In this document: positions 47,336-59,800 of the stretch, piece after piece
How positions within the stretch are numbered: position 1 is the first letter of the stretch
Layout of the letters: each line of letters opens with the position of its first letter
DNA from: Phoronis australis
Taxonomy: Eukaryota; Animalia; Phoronida
NCBI GenBank assembly: GCA_002633005.1
Contig: NMRA01000835.1
Span: 63,774-127,773 of the forward strand
Length of the DNA: 64,000 nucleotides
Reading direction: 5' to 3'
Made by a program: the position numbers and the translations under genes
The notes under the pieces: model-generated
Told to the model about the DNA's origin: nothing
Databases searched by the model: none
Seen by the model: only the letters and a program-made list of their open reading frames with translations

Positions 47336-48359
47336 CTGAGGTATAGTGAGTCAAGAATTTAATTTACTTAATTTCCGACAATATGTGGCCAAATCAATGT
47401 ATAAGCAATGATTTAAGTATTACAACCAAAAAGTGCCACAAATTTCTCTCATTGGTTATACCTCATGAATTTAAGACACAATGTGGGGATAATTTAATCA
47501 CTTTTAACGAACTAACAATAGCACCAAATTAAGGCTTTCATAACTATCTTCACGACTAATAAGAAGCAACCAACAAACAATGTTTTGAAAAACTGGTAGC
47601 AATTAAAAATAAAAATGGTATCTTTAACAACAGTATGATTACTTCAATAACTAGGGGTATAATATCCCTGCATAAAATGTTCCATCAATGATAAGCCTAA
47701 GAATTAAACGCAAGAGGCAAACTTGGTATGGTCTACGTAATTTGGCACAATAGTTTTGAGTGCTATAAAGGTGGCCGTAGCTCTGATAAACAAAAAACAA
47801 ATGACATATGATAATTTATCCCTTACGCATTGAATCTGTTAAGGGAAATACGGCCAAGTAATAAAGTTTTCCTTATTCACCTCCAGCACTACTTCAACAG
47901 CGACCTCTGACATGGAAAGTTCAAAAGGTAGGTCAATGTCGATTCCACGTCGTTAGCCGGTTCAATCACCAAACTTTCGGAAAATAGTTTAAAGTAATAC
48001 AATTAATTATTATAGCAGTGTAAATAGCCCTCAGCATACAATCAGGTCTCAATCGTAACATCTGGAACAGGAATGTTAATCATATGACATTTCTGTCTCA
48101 GTTTTTATTTGCTAAATATTTTATCATCTGCAACTCGGGCGCCGATTCCTCGGTAACTACAATATCATATATTTTCATCTTTGCTATCTCTTTTGAAGTA
48201 ATGAATCGTCACATTTAAAACTGTTTCTTTAACTTGAGAAAACTTGCAGCCTAATGCGCAAGTACATACATATTGGATGTGATCTGCCACGTGGACAGTC
48301 TGAGTGAAGTATTTAAAAAATCTGCGAAAAAATGAAAAAAACTTAGGAATTCGAAGCCT

Positions 48360-48490
48360 ATGGAATAAATACAAAACGTATCTCGATTGGCGTACATGAA
48401 GTAATATCCCACTCGACATTATTCGGTGTATCGCGTAATAATGTCTCGTGGGATATTAGTTCACGCACGCCACTCTCAGTACGATATGTG
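48360..48490. repeat. Dispersed repeat B, uninterrupted copy (inverse orientation)
   Basis: Reverse-complement match to 8812-8915 plus 10111-10128. Confidence 0.7.
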
Positions 48491-48496
48491 TAATAC

Positions 48497-48659
48497 TACC
48501 GTAATCGTTCAGGTTAACGCCCATGCTCAGTTAACCGCCCATCCCCGACTTTAAGTGGATTTTCGATTTAACCGCCCACTGCTCGGTTAACCGCCCTCCC
48601 CCGATTTTTCGGATTCGCCAATTTAACCGCCCAGGGCGTTAACCCGAACGATTACGGTA
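48497..48659. mobile_element. MITE A, internally deleted 163-bp copy
   Basis: TIRs taccgtaatcgttc(a)ggttaacgccc / gggcgttaacccgaacgattacggta, as in 8916-10110; opposite orientation. Confidence 0.85.
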
Positions 48660-50561
48660 TGTACAACTAGTAATAACCATTGCTACCGAAAACACCGAAA
48701 TTATCTCAAACCAATCTTCAACAGATCCAAAATTAAATAAACGTGCACACTATACCAGTCTTTTGAATCAAACATTCCTACACCTAAAACTAATAGGGTC
48801 ATCCCGAAATAAGCTGTTCTAATCTGGTAGTTAAAAGCACAGGTCGCACAATGATAGTGCTGCTGTCAAAGGTGGCGCCACAGTCAATGTTGGTCACATC
48901 ACCACAATGGGTAACAAAAGAAAGCTGAACAAGCCATGAATTTACAACTAGTTGTCCAACTTGCGTAAACCTTATCGTGTTAGTACCAAAACTCGCTACA
49001 AGAAACACATTATCTGTCTTCCAAATGATAAAACGTAACACTTCTCGATTTCGGGATGAGATTTTGTAAGGTTTCATGCAAAAAAAATGTGACTATGTGA
49101 GAAACACTTCTTCAGAAATTGTTGACAGTCTATTAAGAATAAAATTTGTTTAGTACCACTTGTCATAAGAAGTGTTTCTCATTTAGTTCCAACCACCAGT
49201 TTGTAAAATAAAAGATTGTAGGATGATACGAACACCATTTGACATTAAGCGATGTACCTGAGCATCTGTTTATGAATATTCCCAGAGGTGAGGACTAAAG
49301 AACAAAATCACGAGTAAAATTAAAATATGATTATGTTAGACTGCCAACAACTGAGCTCAGTCCTGACATATATCACGCCACTTAAGTAATGGAACCATTG
49401 GTGAAGGGTTTTAAAACGAAAACCCAAAGTTCCTAATTTCACATAGACTACACTAAGTTCATGAATTGCTCTTGAAACAAGATTTGCCATCGCATTAAGG
49501 ATCAGCTTTATTCGAGCTTACTTGAATTTATCAATAGATTTGAAGAGTTCAAATCCCTCCGAGTCAAAAATGAAACAGAATACTTAGTGATACTCATCAA
49601 AACAGCTGAAGATGATTTACAGCTATTTGTGAGTTACTGTATTTTAAATCAAAATTATACAAACTCATCTTGCACCTTCAACCACCAGAAAAAAGTATTG
49701 ACTTAGAATAACACAACCTTGTAAAAAGGTAATGCTACACGGCAAAGGAGAAGAAGCTGGAATGAGGTAAAACTTGGGAAAACATAATGTAAAATGTAGA
49801 AATGCTTATTACAAAACACATGATATTCATATGACTGTAAAGGAGATGAGTATTTCGGAGTAAAGAAATATTTCATTGTGAAAAGAATCTAATGAAAACT
49901 CATAATGTAAGAGCAAGAGCATCATTCAAGTATAGTAGAAAATGTTGAGATGTATTGTTCAAGAAGACCATCAACATAAAGCATCATACCTAAGGAAATC
50001 CATTTTATGCGTGACTTTGACTAGATGAAATTAATAAGCAAAGTGCAATGATTGGAGCAAATAACAAGTATTCAGCAGTCCGTTCTTACATGCAAATCAA
50101 CAGAACACTGCTAGTATTGATAAGCTTTGCAGACACACCAGTTCAGATCATTGCACAAGTGCACATGCTACCCAACATTTTTCAGTAATGTTATCTATTG
50201 TGTTTACCTATACTCACGAAATAAAATTTTTAAAATGAATTGGGTGACATATTGGAACACCCATAGACCAAAAAAAATTAATTATGAACTTCAGGCTTTC
50301 CACTTAATGAATTGTGTCCTTTGTGATGCATAGGGACACACTTAAAAGGTTCTGCACAAAAAGAAAGTTGTTAACACTCAGCGATAGACAACAGCTATCT
50401 ATCACATGTGAACTATTGCCCCTGCTTAGCACTAGTCAAGTATTAGCTTAAACTACTGACAAACTAAATAGTTAGTAATGGAACTGCTAATGATACACAT
50501 GCACGTCAGTCAACGTTAAGCCACTGAAATTCTCACTCTAACAACCAATGCAGAGCTTGAC

Positions 50562-50880
50562 TTACCCGTGATACTGTGGCGGCTCCGGAGCTCTGTACGA
50601 GGGGGGCTTTGAATGAGGCCCAGGGTAACCCCTGCTGTGGTTTAGCGACTCATCTGCGTGCTGCTGTGCGTATTGATTTGGGCGTGGTGCATCGACATAT
50701 GCATGATACCCACCTCTATAATCACCATAACCATTAGCAGGCTGCATATTGGGCCCGCGGTACTCATCTTGGGGGTAGTATGGTTCGGGTTTGGTGGAGC
50801 GGGGGTAATCGCCACGAGTGTTGTAACCGCCGTTGACGTTACCCCCCTGACTGACCCCTTTTAGTTTGTGCTGGTCAAGT
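50562..50880 (-). CDS. PROM1: Prominin Tyr/Pro/Gly-rich cytoplasmic tail exon
   Basis: ttgcatgcag|A LDQHKLKG...PPSYRAPEPPQYHG; phase matches the 54081 donor; ends in TAA overlapping GG|gtaagt. Confidence 0.75.
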
Positions 50881-53800
50881 CTGCATGCAAAGAAACAGGA
50901 GAAGGGAAATCAGTAAAGTAAAGACACTGGGATCCAAGGATAGGATACATCCATGCACTATTCTACAAAACAAAACAGACAAGACACACTAGTAAGGCCA
51001 ATCGAAGTCCACAATATTCAGTCTACAGATTCAAGACATTTCTTATCACTTACAAAGGTATCACACACTGTAGGTGTTCAGAGGGCTGGTAATCTGTCAG
51101 TACAATTAGGAAGTACTTTGAATTTTTTGTCAAAGCATTCTGGAGAATAGCTTGTGCTAAGAAAGTGCGATTTTGAGTTAGCACCTTAGTTTGGAGATGA
51201 CATACAATGGCTCAATGATCACCAAGGTTTAAAAAAGAGTGGAAATTTTACCAATCAAGCATGGAATGCAGCTGGTCAATATCCGAGTCAAGTCTGAAAT
51301 CAAGTTTAATGTTCTAGGTTGAAAAGACAGCACTCAACACTGACTTCACGGACTTCCGCTTTTAGCCTTCACAATCAACTACTTACTTTTAAAGTTATGT
51401 AGGCCTGTATCAGCAAGTCTTAGCATTCGCATACTCAAGAAAGTACATATGTTCCGAAAGCAAAAAGACTGGATAATTGTATGTTTTACTTATACAAATC
51501 TGGCATCGACTAGGTCACATGACCTTGTTTTTTGAGTAAAAGTTAGCAAAAAAAGAAACTAGGTACCATCATTGCAGAATAAAGGTGTGAAAAACAAGAC
51601 CAGATTTCGCTTAATATATTCAAATCTTAAAAATGCTTTCCCAGTTTTCTAACTTAACATTTCATTTTTGTTTTAAGAAACATTTCAGATTATCCACAAA
51701 AAATCATTGAAGTCCTACTTTTGAAAGCCTCTCAGTACATAAAGCACAGAATCTGAATGTTTCGTATTGATCCAACCAGCCACTTTTTGAGATATGCCTT
51801 TCGGATGTTGGCAAATTTAGACATTTTCTTAGGGTCATGCATAACCTTATAAGTAAATGATATTTCTAAATAATATGGGGTTTTCCTCATTTTCTGTAAT
51901 AAAACCAGTTTGGCAAGGATGGGTTTTGTAGATAGACTTCATTAAATGTGCACTTCAATCATACCTAAAAACAACTATAGCTATTGTGAGTGCGTTTGAC
52001 TGAATATTAAAAGGATTCGTCAATGCGATTTTCATACAGTGACGAAACAACAACAAAGTTAAAGGAGTTGGAAGCGTACGTTGCCATGGCCACAACATAT
52101 CACGGATGGGACATTCACTAGAAAGCTGAAACACTAAGACAAGATGCATCAAACCACAGTCATTAAGACAACTCACCAATGAATATCACAAACAAAACAC
52201 AAAGACAGTAGTTGAGTTTTGTTCAAAATGTTGACTATTTCATAACGAGCACAATTACAAAACATGTTAATTACACCACTGAGAACCAATGGGTATATTG
52301 AAAAGTTATTAAGTTAAATATAAATTAGGCTTCTTAGAATAAATCTATGCCATTCATCAGCATAGTAAAAGGTTTTCACAATGAAGTTTCTTGGATAGAA
52401 TTTTATTACAAGGAAAAAGGAGTTAAATAATGGGGCATTCACATATTACTGGAGAGAGGAGGAAGGGTTCAAAAAAATGATAACTTATGACAGCGGGAGG
52501 GGGTTCGACTCACAGTGACATTGTCGTGTGGTTTATAAGAATATCTCCATTACAGTAGATATAGTTAGGAAATAGGTTCACCTTCCATGGGAATTGACTA
52601 TTGATTCCAAAACCAGAACCTGCCATTTCATGCTTCCAAGATTTGATCATATTTCAGTAGACTTGATTAAACATGTACACAACAGCAGACCCATTCCATC
52701 CCTGCCTAAATGGGGGGAGGGAGGTAGGTTGGCTGTGATGACGTAATTAGAGGCTAGACAGGGAGAGGGCTTATATCATGATGAGGGGTGATGATGGAAG
52801 GGTGAGGGGAGATAAAAAAAATGGCAAATTTTGTATGACGTAATATATAGGAATGTTCCTTAATGCTCCTTTACAATCATTATCAAACGTTTGCAGTCTC
52901 CACACAATACTAACAACATTAACCAAGGCAATTCACCCTTGTAAGTAAAATTAGACGGAACAAACAGAAAAGTAATATGGAGGTGTAACAAGGAAGTAAC
53001 ATGCACTTGACCGGTGCTAAGCAAATGAAGAACTTCCATAGAGCAACAAATGGAAAGAGGGACAACGTGGGACCAATGACCACATTTAGCACAAAGATTA
53101 CAGTATGTCGCAGTGGTGAGCCTCAGTTACGGACTTAGGTTTAGATCAAGTGCTTGTTGACAAACAGGGCCTTGCATAAAGGATCTCTCACCTTTGGTGC
53201 TCAACCTTAACTTGAATGTGAGAAAAGATCTGTGTAAATCAATGGAGGTAATGTATCCTGGGACTAATGCAAAGTACTACTGAGCCATGAAGAGGCTATT
53301 CTTACTAAAACACGTCAACATAAAAAACCTGGTTGTGCACTAAAGCACATGAGCCTGATGGTGGACATCATCTTAATAAAATGAAGAAACTTTGGTGGGA
53401 AACAGGGGATATGCAAACTTTAGATGTTTTGCACATAAACGAAGTTACGCCAACCACAGCTAATTGGTGCCAAGAGTCATTGGTCCCACGTGGCCAGCCA
53501 GGATTACTCCACAAAGTTCCCATCCATATAATCACCCCGAATTCATCTACAAGTTACAGCCCCAGGACCTCCCATAATAAAAAGCAACACTGGAATTTTT
53601 ATGTCATGCTGTCGAGCACACTAAATGCTTACAGTAACATATAAAGCAGATTAAAAACCAACCATAGATTTCATATATAAACGGAGGTACTTAAAATGGC
53701 ATTACTGTCTCTAAGTTTCAGGAAATGTATTTTAACATTTTTCACTACCATCGGTCATCGGATATTCTACTAAGACAAAAGACTACTAAAGACTCTACAA

Positions 53801-56800
53801 GAGCAAACAGTTTTTTCACAAATTGGAAAGAGTGAACACTAAGGACACGACCACAAACACACGCATTATGATTTCTAAGTGATATGCATTATTTCAACAA
53901 AAGAATACAAATTTGCAATGAAGTAATTTTTTGAATTAAAATAGAATTAGCACTAGATGAATGAGAACATTGAACTTGAACAATGTGCATAAAACAAATT
54001 TCAGGGTAACATTACCATCTGACTAATAAAATACACAGTGTTACGGTAACTTGAGTGACTGGAGAATTACAAACACTCACCTGTCCAGTGGAATTGTGTC
54101 ACCTGGGTTCACTCCCTCGTAGTCGTCATAATCACTGAAAGTATGCAACAAAATATCAAGCAAAAATCAACAATAAGTAAGAGTTCCAACCAATATTAAA
54201 AAAATCTTTATTATCAATGTGTTACTTTTCGGTGGAAAAGCTTTTACCACAAGTGTTTAAACAAAACCAATGAAACCAATGGCCAAAAATATCCAAAGCA
54301 CATATTTTATAATTTGTTTCACTTATAGGGCTTTAATGTTCACTTCAAAATACTTTTGAACACACAAAGTCCTCATCAACAGTTGATCTTGCAACAGTAA
54401 TTAAAACTAGAGCTTACACTCCGCCTAACTGCGACGGGTCGTACTTCTCCGTCCGTCTGTACAGACCCACTAGGTTCACGGCCAGAACAATACATGGTAT
54501 AAAGAAGAAGAGACACCAGCCGAAGCAGTACCAGAAACCATTCTACAAGAAACAATGCAGGCTAGCCAATCGTCATCACTAACAAACTGAACAGTTTATA
54601 GTCTTCTTTTCTCTTAATGACATTCTTTTCTCACAGGCTATATTTCTTTTCCCAGGCACAGCAGTAGGCCTGTCCTGAAATAGCACAGCACCACTCCCAT
54701 TCTAAGGCACTTACCCACAATGCAACAAACGTGTAAAGCACTTGCTGTTGTCATTATCTAGTTTCCTAATCATATGCAATTCATCATGAAATGCAGGCAA
54801 ACTTATACAAGACCTAATGCATTTTGACTTGAAATGCAGAAACCAAGAAATTGTATGCATTTCCGTTATTAATGAACATGGGAATGCCTGAGTAGGTCAG
54901 TCATGCAATATATTTGTCAACCACCACCAAACAGAAATATTCAATAGAGGATGGGTCCATTTTTTTCTTAAACACATTTCTTTCTTGACAAACCACAGTT
55001 GCATCCTCAGGAGTATTTGATAACGTAAAGCCCTTGCCAGACACTAGCACTCAGAAATCTTGGCTCAAGCAACAGACATAAAAACTGTGTTTAACTAGTT
55101 GAATAATTCAACATTCCACCGCCTTCGACCAATCATTTCAGGGGGCGACCATATAGCTAGTGTCCACAAGTACAGTGGTGAACTTACTTGTGGAACTGTA
55201 GCCTGACTGTTGCAGTATATAGTTTTACTCAACCACACTTTTCCACTTTAAAAAGGAACTGTGGTTCATGAGAAAAGACACATGCTTTAAACATTGTAAG
55301 AAAAATGTTAACATATCCCATACAATCTTCACCAACTTAAAGGCATTCACTGTAATTTCAATGTTCATTTCAATCATAATATGCAAATCAAAGTCTTACA
55401 AATGGCTCCAGCACATAGACACAGGCACCATCTATTACATGATTGAGAGCATCATAAATAGGTCGACACTTTCCGATGTCCTTTCTTATCTGTAAAAGAG
55501 AAAATCCAATAAAACTTGAGAAGCTAAGTGGACAGAGCCCCATTTGAAGTTCAGTCATCCAAAAATTTAAAACTATTAAGTACACTGCACAACATTTTAT
55601 AGACTTCAAGAATATGTTGAGCCCCTTAAGAGGGGATGAGAGGAAGTACTCAGATACTAGTTAAACAATATCAAAGCAAATACATTGTTAAAGAAAAATA
55701 AATAAAACATACCCTCATCTTCAACCCACTAGCAAAAGACTCCACAGACTTTTCGACTTCGCCAGTAGTGTTTTTTACTTTCTGCAAAAAACAAAATTCA
55801 AATTAAACAAAATAACACTGGCACATATGGAACCTCACAAATGAATTTACCTTTAGAAAACATCCTTCTTTACTCAATGTTTACTGAACTCTACATTCCA
55901 TTTGCACTTGGTGATTTCAAACCATAGACTTCAAGTTTTCACCTTTCCAATCTCACCTCAGGTGTAAAAGCAAATGACAACTGTGCCAAACATATTAAAC
56001 ACAAGTTATATTTTCAAGCAAACACTTGATTGATTACAACTCCTTAGTCACCAAGTACATTCTAAACTGGTGGTAACCCGTTGGTGCTTACTAATTTTTC
56101 TTCCTTCTAAAACCGAGTACTGTCACATTGAGAAAGCGGCGATTTCACAAATTAGAAACAAAATTTTGCCCCTTGCCTAGAGAATGAAGCCAGGCCTGAA
56201 CTGATATTCTAATCTTTTACATATTAACCTTGCAGAAAAGGTGTTTTATGCAACTAAGACAACATTGAACACCAGTGGCCGTAACTAACAACAAATTTGT
56301 AACAAGTACGTGCATCAGAGTCAACAGTCACGATAAACTCAATACATGACAGACGTGCAGTTCTTACTCTCTCACATTCTCTGGAGACCTCTAATGAGTG
56401 CCCTTTTTGTGAATAATACAAAGTTTAAGTGATAAAACCAGAGTGCGTCGAGCTCTCACCTGATTCACATATGTAGTTCCGTTGTTGTTCACGCTGCTTT
56501 CTGCCTTTTTAATTCCCTCAAGCAAATTGTCAGTTTCAGACTGAAAAATAGTCACCAAATGTGTGAATCTTGCCAACTAAAACCAGCCAAACGCAAATTT
56601 TATGTCTTGTGGTCTGAACTGTATTCAGCAGAAATCGATATTGAAGTACGTTGACAACATGTTCTATGAGCTATCGTCTTCACCCGACACATAGAACACA
56701 GTCGTTTCTTATGCGTTTTTAAGGACATTTGTAAGCAGGGTTACCCAAAAAGACTGAAATCAACAAAGAAAGTAACCATACTTTCAGAACATTTACATGA

Positions 56801-59800
56801 CTCCAACTTCAACCTTTCTGCCTTAAAAAGATCAATCAACAAATAGTTAAAATGAGTTAAACAGTCATCCATCAGTTCTGGTCTCACAACAAGCCAAAAA
56901 GCTTTATAAAACAATTTGTGTCAAACTTACGCAATGATTTTATATAGATTATCCATGTCACAAATGTACATCAATGTCCGACTTTGGAGCCTTTATTTCA
57001 GGAATGTTTCCTGCTCTTCCATGTGAGCATTTATGAAGCAGAGTAACAGTCAAATCGAAATTGTTTAAAGATACAAAGTGATTATTATCAAAGCAGTCTA
57101 TACCTTAATGTCAGCACTTTTCTTCACTTCATTTGTTGCTGTTTCCAATTCGTCCTGAAAAGAAAGACATGTTCAGAGTACAATTTTAGAAAGAGACTGT
57201 ACATTTTATTCGAAGATGGGTATTATTTTTATTATTCATCCAGGTGAATAACCAGATGAGAAGAAACTAGAAATCACAACTTCTGGAATCATAAAATAAA
57301 TTTCCCAATGCTGCAGATCTGCCTCTCTCCTTCTAGTGGAAATGACTGGTTCATGCGAAAAATTCTGTCACCCTCTGACTGGTGTTCACATAAAACAACT
57401 GCAAGGCCATGGGGCCCGTTCCAAGAAAACTGACTTACCTAACATACATCAAAAATTTCAGCCAATTTTAGAACATAACTTAAAATTTGTCTCTAGTCTG
57501 TTTCAAGAAAGAAATCTCAAGTTTGACTTATCAAAAGTTTTTGACTTGAGTTTCCTCTTAATTTTGACTATGATACCGGATGTGGAAGTTTCAATGTTTG
57601 AAGTTAAAGCAAATCTTAGAGACCGAAGCCAAAAATGAACTTAAGATAGTTTCTTGGAATGGTTCCCTGGACCATCAGCCAGACAACTTAAATCTGACAT
57701 GTCTGTGTCTATTTAAGGAGTGGCGCTTGACTTTATCTCAGACATCTTCTCTGACACCTCGTTCAAACCAGTATCCTCACATCTACACATTTTATTGTTA
57801 TGGACAGCACAAAAAACATCAAGATTTAGCAAATATGACTGTTTTTAAATAAATACAGTAAGGTCAACAAAGAGTGAGACTGGGTGGCAGTGTAACTTAC
57901 AACTTTCCCCTCCATTGTCTTCACTTGATTTTCTTGTATTTGTCCAAGGGTGACAGCACTGTCAGTGAGATTGATCTGTGGAAAAGAGGCAAAATTACCC
58001 AGGATTCAAAGGACACATACTATCGTTCAATGTGCCGCGTAACATTGCTTAAGCTACAATCATTTACCACTAGTTAAAACTAAGTCAACACTACCACTTC
58101 ATGTTGTTCAATATCAGTACATAACACCAACTAAGACTCTTCTTTTGTAGTACACAGCAGCACTTAGAACATGGGATGTGTTAACAGAAGTCTAGGGATG
58201 ACACCGCAGCAAAATGTTGGCCGACTCTTTAACAGCTACTCCATAACAAGGGTTGGCAAGGATGTGGCATTATCCTCAGTGGGCAATTTGCTCTCCAAGT
58301 GGGCAGGGGGCATCAGCAAAGTAGTATTGTTTCAGATAAATTTTATTACTTGGTATAATTGTCTTGGGAACCCATTTTTCGGGTCGTAAAGATATTGTGT
58401 TGATTTGACTTTTGATCACCTTGTTGCCATTCCCCTATCAATTATGTGGAAGAGAGCCCCCTTAGAAAAAGACTGGCCTCGCAAAACAAATTCCCCCACT
58501 TTGTGTCTATCTAGCAATTCATAAATAAACAATATTGACAACAAAATTTTATTAATTTCCACATTGTGCTGAAAGCATTTTGACAATTTCTGAATTGTGT
58601 TTCACAGGTGGGAGATTAAATAGAGGTGAGAATTTTTTCAGAAAACAAAAAACCTCCAATCGTCCTTTCCAAAGTGGGCATTTCTAGTGAACTTGCAGAA
58701 TGGAAACTACATGTTTTTTCTAAAAACATTTTGTTCAAGTACTGTGCTGCAGATATAAAACAGTAAAAACATGAGAAAAATTAATGAATAAAAGTGACCA
58801 CTGTAGAATACGATACTTACACCGGTAGTTGTTGAGAAAGTTGTTAAGTTATTAGCAAAAGCATTCAAGTCAATCTTGGTTATCTCTTGCCTAGCCTGTA
58901 AATAAAGTAACGTTTAGAATCTGTTATACACAGAAAACAGAAACTGGTTTAAACTGAAATGTTTCCACTCAAAATACGTTGAACAGTTAGCATCTAGCAA
59001 TTTACAGTTGTTAAACATTCGAGGCTAAACAAAATTGTAGTTGTAAACTGATACAAGAGTTAAAGCAAAATAAAATCTGCAAATAAACTCAAATTAATAA
59101 ATTGAAGAATGTGTTTTTGTTAGTATATATCTCAATCGGTCAAAAACATTTTGAAAATAAAACACATGTTCTAAAGCTAAAGTAGCATATTACAAAAAAC
59201 CAATGGAGAATTTGGAACTCCCATGTTTAATAAAACTCCATTATATTTATAAAAATCACAAAGATGTAATTCATTCTGTCACTTATTATCTAGCCCTGCA
59301 AAATAATACTTACTACATTTAGTGCCACATACAAGCCAAGTATCCTACCTCGTTCAAAATTTTTGAGGTGTTGATATTGTCCAAGCTGGAGTTTCCAAGG
59401 TCTCGCAGCTGTTCTTCCAACTGTGGAGTGAGTATCTGGATTTGCGGCAGGTTGATAGAAATGTCGAACGCCCCAGTCAGGTTGTATTTCTACAACAAAC
59501 TGTTATCTTGAGTACAACAATAATATGTAGATTACATATCAGACAAACAAGTGATAACTTTTAAACAACAATGAATAAAATGAAAAACACAAAAACCTCA
59601 TATCATGAAATGAAATTCTAAAACTGTACGCATGATACAATTTTTGGTGAACAGCAAGAGACCTGAAGTAACTATTCTATCACATCATTTTCACTATCAA
59701 TTCATATACTGAATCCTTTCATTCATTTTTTCAATAAATTCAAAAAGACATAGCGACCAGGGGCCCGTTCCAAGAAAACATACTAAGCTAAGACAAATGT

